Origin: a candidate division BRC1 bacterium HGW-BRC1-1
GTDB lineage: Bacteria > Sumerlaeota > Sumerlaeia > Sumerlaeales > Sumerlaeaceae
Direction: 5' to 3'
NCBI GenBank assembly: GCA_002842095.1
Contig: PHCB01000008.1
Location: forward strand, 209,231-273,230
Length of the DNA: 64,000 nucleotides
Part shown: positions 32,478 through 40,703 of the stretch, in pieces
Layout of the letters: each line of letters begins with the position of its first letter
Position numbering within the stretch: position 1 is the first letter of the stretch
Notes under the pieces: model-generated
What the model saw: only the letters and a program-made list of their open reading frames with translations
What the model was told of the DNA's origin: nothing
The model's database searches: none
Made by a program: the position numbers and the translations under genes

Positions 32478-34448
32478 TCAGTTAGTTGAAACCCACAGAT
32501 TTAGTTCTTGAATGGGGCCGCTCACCGCGGCGGCAAGCAGGCCACTGCCACCACCCATGACGTTCTTAAACAACCCTTCCTTAAGGCGACTATTGTAATA
32601 GATGTCCGGGCTGCCGCTGCCGCCATATCCGCCTTTGGCAATGATAGTTCCATACACCGATGCGTTTCCTGTGCGGCCCATGGTGCCAGCCACATACAGA
32701 ATTCCGTCCATGTAGCAACCGGCAGTGTTCGTGCCGGTGGATCCGCTGGGATCGGCAGCAAATTGGTCGGGATTTTTCATGAGCACAGAGGGAAAGCCAC
32801 CACCTCCGCTGGTGCTGAAGTCAGAATTCAGATACAACAAACCCTTCCAGAACCAATTATCACTGGAGTTCATGGCGATATTGCCGTAAGTACCGTTTTG
32901 CGTCCCCTCGATTGTATCGATAAATAGAATTCGATCCGGAATTTGGCTTGTATTACCATTACTCGGTACAAGGTTCTTCATACTTATCTGCCGTAACTCA
33001 GTGAAACGCGTGTTATGGGTCGCAACCGTGGTCATCGAGCCGGACGGCGTAACGTATAACGGCTGACCCGAGTCATTGACGAAGCCCCCCCCGGTGCCCG
33101 GGCGGCAGTAACCGCCCTGCTGAATGGCAAACGCCTTCCACGTGTTGTAATTCATCATGTTATTCATCACGGAGTCGATATAAACACTCGTCGCAGGCCA
33201 GTTCTGCACGAAGGCTCCTGAGCCCAGTGGAAAGTTACTGCCTCCCGATGTGGGGCCAGAATAAAGAACCCCTTGGCCTGTTCCGTTGCGAATATTCGAA
33301 ACATAAAAATCACCCGTTAAACTCAGTGTATTTCGATTCAGTGGTTTGCTACCCACGTCAAAAGCACCGTTGAGCGTCTGAACCAACACATCTGTAATCT
33401 GCGGGGAACCAGCTGGAAAAACGCTGCTGGGAAACAGTTCACCCGATCCGGATTTGTCTACAAATTTTGCAGCCGTGAGGTATCGTAGCCATTTCTCCGT
33501 ACCCACACCAGCACCTGTGTACTTGTTATCCTTTGCGGCTAACTCGTAATTATCCTTTTTTGTTATTTCCAACGGAGCAATGCCGAGTAGTTCCAAGTTC
33601 CCCTTGGCCATAACTGGCGCCCAATGGATGTTGAGGCTGCTGTTTCCAGATACGGTAACGATGTGGCCACTTATCAGCGCCGAGTCGCTTCCCTGGATGG
33701 GCGGTAGCATGGAGCTGGTGCCCGGCTGGATCAGAATCTTTTGTTGCATGATGCGGCTTTTAGTGGGACCCACGCCAGAGATGACTGATTCGGCTTCGAT
33801 AATCAGCGACACGCGCCGCAGGTCGTCCTTCACATGCAGTCCGGCAGCGTCCGTGGCTGTACTGCGGTAAGGAGTACTTATCCGGATTCTGCGCACATAG
33901 GCGCGGGGCACGGGCGTCCCGCTTTTATGGAAAATGGTGCCCGTATAGTTCGCCTCCATGTCATTATGAAAATCGATGACGCGGGATGCGTTGACGGGCA
34001 GATCCAATAAAACCTTCCGCCCGCCGGAAAGCCCGGCACCCGATGCGAGTGAGGAGTCGTATTGGCTGTAATAAGGCGAAACAATGCCGCCCGCCGAGAT
34101 GGCATCGAGCAATGTTGAATTATCTCGGTTTTCACGCACGTAATTGCTGAAGGCGATGGAACCCGATGTTACGGCCTCAATCTTTGCACCGGCCGATTGT
34201 CCTAATTGGGCCTTGGCCAGCGCAGGGTTCATGACCCAGGCCTTGGCTGCGGACAGGCCGCCCATGGCCACATGATATGCTTCCTCGTAATTTACACGAT
34301 CATGGGTCGCCCGGGTAAGGTCGCGCGCATTTTTAAGGGCCAACGCGGTCGCAAAGCCAATCACGCCGACCATGACTACCGTGAGAACAATTGTCGAACC
34401 GGCCCGCTTATAACGAGGCCGGACCACTCGTATTGACGTCGTATTCAT
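32478..34448 (-). CDS. Large PilX/GspK-like minor pilin with extended C-terminal domain
   Basis: Class III signal KRAG|STIVLTVVM lacking Glu5 (PilX-type), AYHVAMGGL helix, Gly/Ser-rich C-terminal beta region (GILYVAG...VYGTIIAKG). Confidence 0.7.
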   Translation of the reverse strand: MNTTSIRVVRPRYKRAGSTIVLTVVMVGVIGFATALALKNARDLTRATHDRVNYEEAYHVAMGGLSAAKAWVMNPALAKAQLGQSAGAKIEAVTSGSIAFSNYVRENRDNSTLLDAISAGGIVSPYYSQYDSSLASGAGLSGGRKVLLDLPVNASRVIDFHNDMEANYTGTIFHKSGTPVPRAYVRRIRISTPYRSTATDAAGLHVKDDLRRVSLIIEAESVISGVGPTKSRIMQQKILIQPGTSSMLPPIQGSDSALISGHIVTVSGNSSLNIHWAPVMAKGNLELLGIAPLEITKKDNYELAAKDNKYTGAGVGTEKWLRYLTAAKFVDKSGSGELFPSSVFPAGSPQITDVLVQTLNGAFDVGSKPLNRNTLSLTGDFYVSNIRNGTGQGVLYSGPTSGGSNFPLGSGAFVQNWPATSVYIDSVMNNMMNYNTWKAFAIQQGGYCRPGTGGGFVNDSGQPLYVTPSGSMTTVATHNTRFTELRQISMKNLVPSNGNTSQIPDRILFIDTIEGTQNGTYGNIAMNSSDNWFWKGLLYLNSDFSTSGGGGFPSVLMKNPDQFAADPSGSTGTNTAGCYMDGILYVAGTMGRTGNASVYGTIIAKGGYGGSGSPDIYYNSRLKEGLFKNVMGGGSGLLAAAVSGPIQELNLWVSTN

Positions 34449-35043
34449 AGCTCTGTGGACCTCCTTGGTCCAGGAAGTGATTCTTGGCAATAACATCTGT
34501 GATGAATTGACCATATTGCATGTTGCTGCCGGTATTGAGCATCTTGGCGAATCCTGAATATTGATACTCCAACATAGCCGTCACTCGAAAAGCCGACTCG
34601 TAAATTAAGGTGAATCTCTCAATACCGCGGAAACTTCTGTCTGCCGTACCCACGGGATCCATGTTGCCATCGAAACTTACACTGTTTTCATTCATGTACA
34701 GTTCAAGTTTCTTGGTGCGATTGTTAAACGCGACCACCGCTTTGTTCACGCTGGTTTGCCCGGTCGGCACGGCAATCTTCATACGACGCAAGGCGGCGGT
34801 TGTTGCAACGTCTCCTGCGTACGGCTCGAAGTATGCTGCCCCGCGCATGAATGTGGCCAGTCGCTCGGCGGCAATCGCACAACTGGTTTGCGAGATTGCT
34901 TGACGATTAATAATAACAAGATTTCTTGCGGTAAAAAACGAAAGGTAGGCCAAGACTCCCAAGATAAGGGACGTGATGCCTATTGCTACCATCATCTCCA
35001 CGAGCGTGACACCACGATGATTGGATACACCCAGACATCTCAT
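34408..35043 (-). CDS. PilW-like prepilin
   Basis: HRG|VTLVEMMVAIGI cleavage/methylation motif; ATGA overlap with the upstream gene. Confidence 0.8.
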   Translation of the reverse strand: MRCLGVSNHRGVTLVEMMVAIGITSLILGVLAYLSFFTARNLVIINRQAISQTSCAIAAERLATFMRGAAYFEPYAGDVATTAALRRMKIAVPTGQTSVNKAVVAFNNRTKKLELYMNENSVSFDGNMDPVGTADRSFRGIERFTLIYESAFRVTAMLEYQYSGFAKMLNTGSNMQYGQFITDVIAKNHFLDQGGPQSYEYDVNTSGPASL

Positions 35044-35489
35044 AGCGTGCCTGCTCGCACGATGGAAGTGTAACGAATCATCTGCGTGCGTGACCAACTT
35101 CCAGACGGTTGCCATGAGACCGTCACGCGGCACAGCGCAGGCATATCCAATGGAGCGGATCCCAGTATGGTGCCCCAATCAACCCGCCCGTTGTTGTCGA
35201 TGGGGAAGAAATCGACAACCACCTGGGCAGCGATTTCCAATCCGGGTTGATTGAATGGTACCAAAGTTCGCGTACCCGCGTCGAGGGACGAATTCGTGAG
35301 TGCCGCTTCCATGGCTTGGCGCGCATAATTCATGGCAGCGAGCTTTTGCTTGTCGAGCTCCAGCGACTGCCGAGTATATATTATCGACGCAACGACGCCC
35401 AATGCCGTGATCATCACAATGCTCATGCTCAGCATCGTCTCGACGAGGGTGAAGCCGGAGGCGCGTTTATTTCTAATTTCCCTCATCAT
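35040..35489 (-). CDS. PilV-like prepilin
   Basis: ASG|FTLVETMLSMSI motif; VTVSW near the C-terminus. Confidence 0.82.
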   Translation of the reverse strand: MMREIRNKRASGFTLVETMLSMSIVMITALGVVASIIYTRQSLELDKQKLAAMNYARQAMEAALTNSSLDAGTRTLVPFNQPGLEIAAQVVVDFFPIDNNGRVDWGTILGSAPLDMPALCRVTVSWQPSGSWSRTQMIRYTSIVRAGTL

Positions 35490-35789
35490 AATACCCTCTG
35501 TGGGTGAATCAAAATCGATCTGAATACTCAACAAAATATTAAATCTCCGAGGAGCGTTAAGAGATTATGACCTTGTTGTGTAAGGACTTGCACTTTTCGA
35601 GATTGCAAAAAGCACAATAATTGGGCTTCGGGAATCTGGCTTACAGGCGCGATGCGGAGTACTGAAGCAGGGAAATATTTTACATTTGAAACATAAGGGA
35701 CAAGCACCTCAGGAGTAAAGGGTAAAATGCCGAAACCCGCCAACTTTTATTGTAAAGAGGTTTTCCTTCTGGAACTTGCTAAGAATCAT

Positions 35790-35805
35790 AACAAGATTCA
35801 TGCCA
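35790..35805 (-). promoter_or_regulatory. Possible sigma54 (-24/-12) promoter for the minor-pilin operon
   Basis: The minus strand reads TGGCATGAATCTTGTT against consensus TGGCACG-N4-TTGC(A/T); the -12 element is GT rather than GC. Confidence 0.35.
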
Positions 35806-36059
35806 TCGAGTCGGATGTGATCAGTACTGTGGAATCGGTTTGATTTATCGCTCAGCAGGATCTCAGGGGCTACACTGAGGTGGGAATTCTTAAATTCGAA
35901 TCCCACCTGCACGGTGGCTCGGTTCTCATCGCCCTTGAGGCGCATCCGACGTAAGTCTACTCTCCTTTTTTGTAGCATTTTCGTATAATACCTCTGTTTC
36001 TGTTTTGTGTGGGTAAGGGGCAATTCCGTTTTCGGCCGTTTGGCCAGGGAGAAATTAGC

Positions 36060-38567
36060 ATGTTCAGACCGGCTCGCATGGCAGTTATCCTTATGGCGGT
36101 CCTCGTGCTGCCGATCAACTATGCGGCGGCTAGCAAGGATGCTGATGTCGAGCGCCGGGTCGAGCAGATTCTCCGCCGCATGACCACCGAGGAGAAGATC
36201 GCCCATATTGGCGGTCACAACGACTTTTACATACGCGGCATCGAGCGGTTGGGCGTGCCTGAAATTCGTCTGGACGACGGCCCGCAGGGCATCCGCCATT
36301 TCGGTCAGGCCACGGGTTACCCTGCGTCCATCAGCCTTGCTGCTACCTGGAACATGGAGCTTGCGCAAAACTTCGGGCGGTCCATTGCCCGCGACGCGAG
36401 GTCGCGCGGTGTGCATGTGTGGCTGGCCCCGGGCGTAAACATGCATCGCTCGCCGTTGTGCGGGCGCAATTTTGAGTATCTCGGCGAGGATCCGTATCTG
36501 GCGGGCATGCTGGCGTCAGAGGTAGTGCGCTCACTCCAGTCGAACGGCGTTCTCGCCACGGTGAAGCATTTCGCGGCGAACAACCAGGAGTTTGGGCGCC
36601 ATGGCATCAGTTCGGACATGGACGAACGCACGCTGCGCGAGATCTATCTGCCGGCGTTTGAAATGTGCGTGAAGCGTGGCGGCGCGGCGTTCATCATGGC
36701 GGCGTATAACCCGCTGAACGGCATTCATTGCACGGAGAACGATTTACTGCTCAATCGTATCTTGAAAGGGGAGTGGGGTTTCGACGGCGCGGTGATGTCC
36801 GACTGGGGCAGCACCTACGATGGGGTTGCGGCTGCGACCGCAGGTCTGGATCTGGAGATGCCCAACGGCAAGCGCATGAACGCGGAGACCCTTCTGCCCG
36901 CGCTTGCCAATGGCAAGGTAACGATGGACGAACTGGACGACAAGGTGCGGCGAATCCTTCGTGTGACCATGCGCGCCGGCTTCTTTGATCGTCCGCAGGT
37001 CTTGAAAGATATTCCCCGCAACGATCCGCGCAGCCGCAAAGTGGCCCTCGATCTGGCGCGTGAGGCGGTCGTTCTGCTGAAGAACGAAGGCGGCGCGCTT
37101 CCGTTGGACCCCGACAGTCTCAAGAGCATTGCCGTGATTGGCATGAATGCGCATCCGGCGATGCCTCAGGGCGGTGGCAGCGGCCACACGTGGAACTTCC
37201 GCCAGACTACAATCCTCGACGGCATCCGCGCCGCTGCGGGCGAAGGCGTGGAGGTTCGCTTTAACGCCGGCAACATCACGTCTGACACAATGGCCATGGC
37301 TCGCAATTCGAGATATGAGCACGTGGACGCTGACGGCGTGACGACTGCAGGCATGAAGGTGGAGTTCTTTACCAACCCCGATTTGAAAGGCGAGCCTGCC
37401 CTCACCCGTGTGGACTCCGTTATGAACTACATCTGGGCGATGAATGCTCCCGCGCCGGAAATACCAAGCGATAACTGGTCCGCGCGCTGGACGGGGCAGA
37501 TCCGCCCCACGGTGACGGGCGATCATCGCTTCTTGTTGCGGGTGGATGATGCGGCGCGTGTCTGGCTGGACGGCAAGGTGATTATCGACCAGTGGGCCTC
37601 GGGCCGAAATCGAGTGGTGACGGCCTCGGAGCCCATGGAGGCGGGGCGCACCTATGACCTGAAGATAGAATACCGAGAGTTGGCGATCTACGCGATCCTT
37701 CACTTTGGCTGGGCACCCGAGTATAATAAGGCTGCACCGCCCGAAGTGGAACTTGCACGGGAGTGCGACGTTGCCATCGTATGCGCGGGCTTCAACAGTG
37801 ACACGGAACGTGAGGGGAGTGATCGCACGTTCGAACTGCCCTATGAGCAGGGCGACATGATCCGGCAGGTTGCCGCAGCTAACCCGCGCACCATCGTTGT
37901 CCTCACCGGCGGCGGCAATATGGAAATGGAGTCCTGGATCAACGACGTGGAGGGCGTATTTCATGCCTGGTTCCCCGGGCAGGAAGGTGGAGAGGCCATC
38001 GCCGAGTTGCTGTTTGGCGAGGTGAATCCCAGCGGTAAACTGCCCGTCAGCTTTGAACGCGTGCCGGAAGACAACCCCACGTCGGCTTCCTACCACTCGC
38101 CCGACAAGAAGGGCGTATTCTACAGCGAGGGAGTGTTCATGGGGTATCGGGGTTACGACAAGTCGGGCATCAAACCCCGCTTCGCTTTCGGTCACGGCCT
38201 CTCTTATACGACCTTTGAGTTTTCCGATCTGAAGGTCACCAAGTCCGTTGTGCGTCAGGGCGATGAGATGTCGGTGTCCTTCTCGGTGAAGAACACGGGC
38301 GACCGCGCCGGCGCGACCGTGGGTCAGGTATACGTACAGGATCCCGAGTCCAGCGTACCCCGCCCTTTGAAGGAACTGAAGGGGTTCACGAAGTTGATGC
38401 TGAAACCAGGCCAGTCGCAGCGCGTGACCGTTCCACTATCCCCCGAGGCGCTGAAGTTCTGGCATCCGTCGGCGCGTAAGTGGGTCGCAGAGGCCGGAAA
38501 ATTCGCCGTACTTGTGGGGCCCTCTTCGGACGACCTTCCCTTGCGGGCGGAGTTCAATCTGGAGTGA
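36060..38567 (+). CDS. Secreted GH3 beta-glucosidase with PA14 and Fn3-like domains
   Basis: Signal peptide, DGPQG, GRNFEYLGEDP, KHFAAN, nucleophile VMSDWG, PA14 insert (WSARWTG, DDAARVWLDG), YSEGVFMGYR, FGHGLSYT. Confidence 0.95.
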   Translation: MFRPARMAVILMAVLVLPINYAAASKDADVERRVEQILRRMTTEEKIAHIGGHNDFYIRGIERLGVPEIRLDDGPQGIRHFGQATGYPASISLAATWNMELAQNFGRSIARDARSRGVHVWLAPGVNMHRSPLCGRNFEYLGEDPYLAGMLASEVVRSLQSNGVLATVKHFAANNQEFGRHGISSDMDERTLREIYLPAFEMCVKRGGAAFIMAAYNPLNGIHCTENDLLLNRILKGEWGFDGAVMSDWGSTYDGVAAATAGLDLEMPNGKRMNAETLLPALANGKVTMDELDDKVRRILRVTMRAGFFDRPQVLKDIPRNDPRSRKVALDLAREAVVLLKNEGGALPLDPDSLKSIAVIGMNAHPAMPQGGGSGHTWNFRQTTILDGIRAAAGEGVEVRFNAGNITSDTMAMARNSRYEHVDADGVTTAGMKVEFFTNPDLKGEPALTRVDSVMNYIWAMNAPAPEIPSDNWSARWTGQIRPTVTGDHRFLLRVDDAARVWLDGKVIIDQWASGRNRVVTASEPMEAGRTYDLKIEYRELAIYAILHFGWAPEYNKAAPPEVELARECDVAIVCAGFNSDTEREGSDRTFELPYEQGDMIRQVAAANPRTIVVLTGGGNMEMESWINDVEGVFHAWFPGQEGGEAIAELLFGEVNPSGKLPVSFERVPEDNPTSASYHSPDKKGVFYSEGVFMGYRGYDKSGIKPRFAFGHGLSYTTFEFSDLKVTKSVVRQGDEMSVSFSVKNTGDRAGATVGQVYVQDPESSVPRPLKELKGFTKLMLKPGQSQRVTVPLSPEALKFWHPSARKWVAEAGKFAVLVGPSSDDLPLRAEFNLE

Positions 38568-38769
38568 AGGGAAGCTCCGCTGATGTTGCACGGAGCGCAC
38601 CAGGTTTGCAGTCGATCTTTTTTCTGGGTCTGGAGTTCCCCCCCACACACGCAACGAAATCAAACAAACGTGCCCGCTTCGTGCATCGCAAGCCTTTGGT
38701 TTATGGCTTGGTCTGCATGAGGCGGGCACTTTTCAATTCGTGGGTTAATTAACGCCTGGTTGCGGCGGC

Positions 38770-40008
38770 TTACGATTCCTTGCCGATAACCTTCGGGATG
38801 CTGAACAACGGCAGGTAGAGGGCCACGACGATGACACCGACGATGGCGCCGAGGAACACGATGAGTACCGGCTCCAGAATGGACGTGAGGGCGTTCACCG
38901 TATCGTCCACTTCGCGTTCGTAGGCTTCAGCCACCTTCGTCAACATCTGGTCGATGGCACCGGTTTCTTCACCAACGGCGACCATGTGGACGACGAGGGG
39001 AGGGAAGACTTTGCATTTTGCCAGAGGCTCGTGGATCGTCTCGCCGTCCTTCACGCTGGCGTAAACCGTGTCCATGGCTCGCGTCACCACTTCGTTGCCG
39101 CTGGTTTCGCGGACGATGTCGAGGGCCTGGAGAATCGGCACACCGGAGGTGATCAACGTGGAGAGCGTGCTGGCAAAACGCACGATGGCGGTCTTGCGGA
39201 AAAGGTCGCCGAAGACCGGCAGTTTCAATTTCAGACGGTCGAAAAAGTATTTTCCTTCCTTCGTCGAGTTGATCTTTTTAAAGACCTGCCACACCACCAC
39301 CAAGGCAAGAATCACCCAGATTGTGCGGTGGGCGAGGATGTAGCTGAGGTCAATCAGCAACTGGGTCAGGAAGGGGAGTTCGGCGCCGAGTTGGTCGAAA
39401 ATGTCCTTAAACTTCGGGATGATGACCAGAAGAATGAAGCTCACGATACCTACTGCCAGCGTCATAACGACGAGCGGGTACATCATGGCGGAACGGACCT
39501 TGCCGATGATGGCCTGGCGTTTTTCGAGGAACTCGGCAATTTTGTTCAAGACGGCTTCCAACACACCGCCCATTTCACCGGCCCGGACCATGTTCACATA
39601 AAGTCCGTCGAACACCTTGGGGTGTTTTGCGAGGGCCTCCGACAGAGTTCCGCCGCTTTCAATGTCTTTGGAAATCTGGCGGATTTTTTCCTTAAATATG
39701 GCGGACTCCACCTGCTCTTGCAGAATGTGGAGAGAGCGCAAAATTGGCAACCCTGCGTCGATCAGGGTTGCGAGCTGCCGTGTGAAGGTCATGACGTGCT
39801 TCAGCTTCACACGGTGAAAGATGATGCGCAGACCAGGGAGCGCGAGAACGTCCACGTTGCCCGCTTTGCTTTTGTTGATCACAACATTGAGCGGGTAATA
39901 CCCCATGTTGCGAAGCTTCTCGACAATGACTTCCTCGCTGCTCGCGTCGATTACTCCGCGAACTTGCTTACCACCCTTGTCGAGGGCTTCGTAAGTATAC
40001 TCCGGCAT
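38770..40008 (-). CDS. pilC: Type IV pilus inner-membrane platform protein PilC (GspF family), copy 2
   Basis: FTRQLATLIDAGLP, MVRAGEMGG, SAMMYP, VGEETG, LEPVLIV. Confidence 0.94.
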   Translation of the reverse strand: MPEYTYEALDKGGKQVRGVIDASSEEVIVEKLRNMGYYPLNVVINKSKAGNVDVLALPGLRIIFHRVKLKHVMTFTRQLATLIDAGLPILRSLHILQEQVESAIFKEKIRQISKDIESGGTLSEALAKHPKVFDGLYVNMVRAGEMGGVLEAVLNKIAEFLEKRQAIIGKVRSAMMYPLVVMTLAVGIVSFILLVIIPKFKDIFDQLGAELPFLTQLLIDLSYILAHRTIWVILALVVVWQVFKKINSTKEGKYFFDRLKLKLPVFGDLFRKTAIVRFASTLSTLITSGVPILQALDIVRETSGNEVVTRAMDTVYASVKDGETIHEPLAKCKVFPPLVVHMVAVGEETGAIDQMLTKVAEAYEREVDDTVNALTSILEPVLIVFLGAIVGVIVVALYLPLFSIPKVIGKES

Positions 40009-40307
40009 GGCTTCGTCACCTTTCCACGAATTGCATTTGGAACTACCAGTTCGAATGCAACCCGTTCAACAGTTTTCACGAACATTGTTCAGCCTGATAA
40101 CAGATTGGACGCACAGGCCGGCTGGGTGGATGACATCCGCCCGAAATAACCCCTCACATTCAAACTGATTAAATGAATTGTGCCCGCTGAAGAATCCTCG
40201 CTGCTTCCGTGATGATGATAGAGTGGCTTGTTGGTTATCCCCGCAGAGCAGGAAAGGTTTCCCGCAAAGACACAGAGGAATGCAATATCAGGGCGGGTGT
40301 TTTGGGG

Positions 40308-40373
40308 GCTTGCACACCGGTTGCACACCGGTTGCACACCGCTTGCACACCGGTCGCACTCCAGTTGCAATTC
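40308..40373. repeat. 11-bp tandem repeat array, consensus G(G/C)TTGCACACC, about 6 copies
   Basis: GCTTGCACACC GGTTGCACACC GGTTGCACACC GCTTGCACACC GGTCGCACTCC AGTTGCAATTC. Confidence 0.9.
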
Positions 40374-40703
40374 GACGAAAAAGTGGGGCGAGGCGCCGAC
40401 CTGGGGAGGAAAAGGGACTGCTGAAGAATCCACCGCCGCTTCGGGCAGGATGGTTGCATTGATTATTGGTCGTCTTTATAGGGCGCCTTGCATGGATCCC
40501 GTCACCTCCAATTGCAGCGCGTTACCCCCGACTTGCGCTTGAAATAAGCGTCAGGAGGACGCATCCCGTTCGGGAAACAGAAAATTCAGCAATCCCGAAT
40601 TGTGCCCGCTTAGTGGGTCGCAAGCTTTGGGTGTATGGCTTGGTTTCCAAGAAGCGGGCACTTTTCAATTTGTGGAAATTTAGTGAGCATAGGTTCCGCT
40701 TGG

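Noticed and set aside
32062-36000. Integrative element at tRNA-Arg
   Set aside because: No integrase, and no duplicated tRNA 3' end found by eye
40308-40373. Repeat array as a CRISPR
   Set aside because: Units are 11 bp and contiguous, with no spacers and no cas genes
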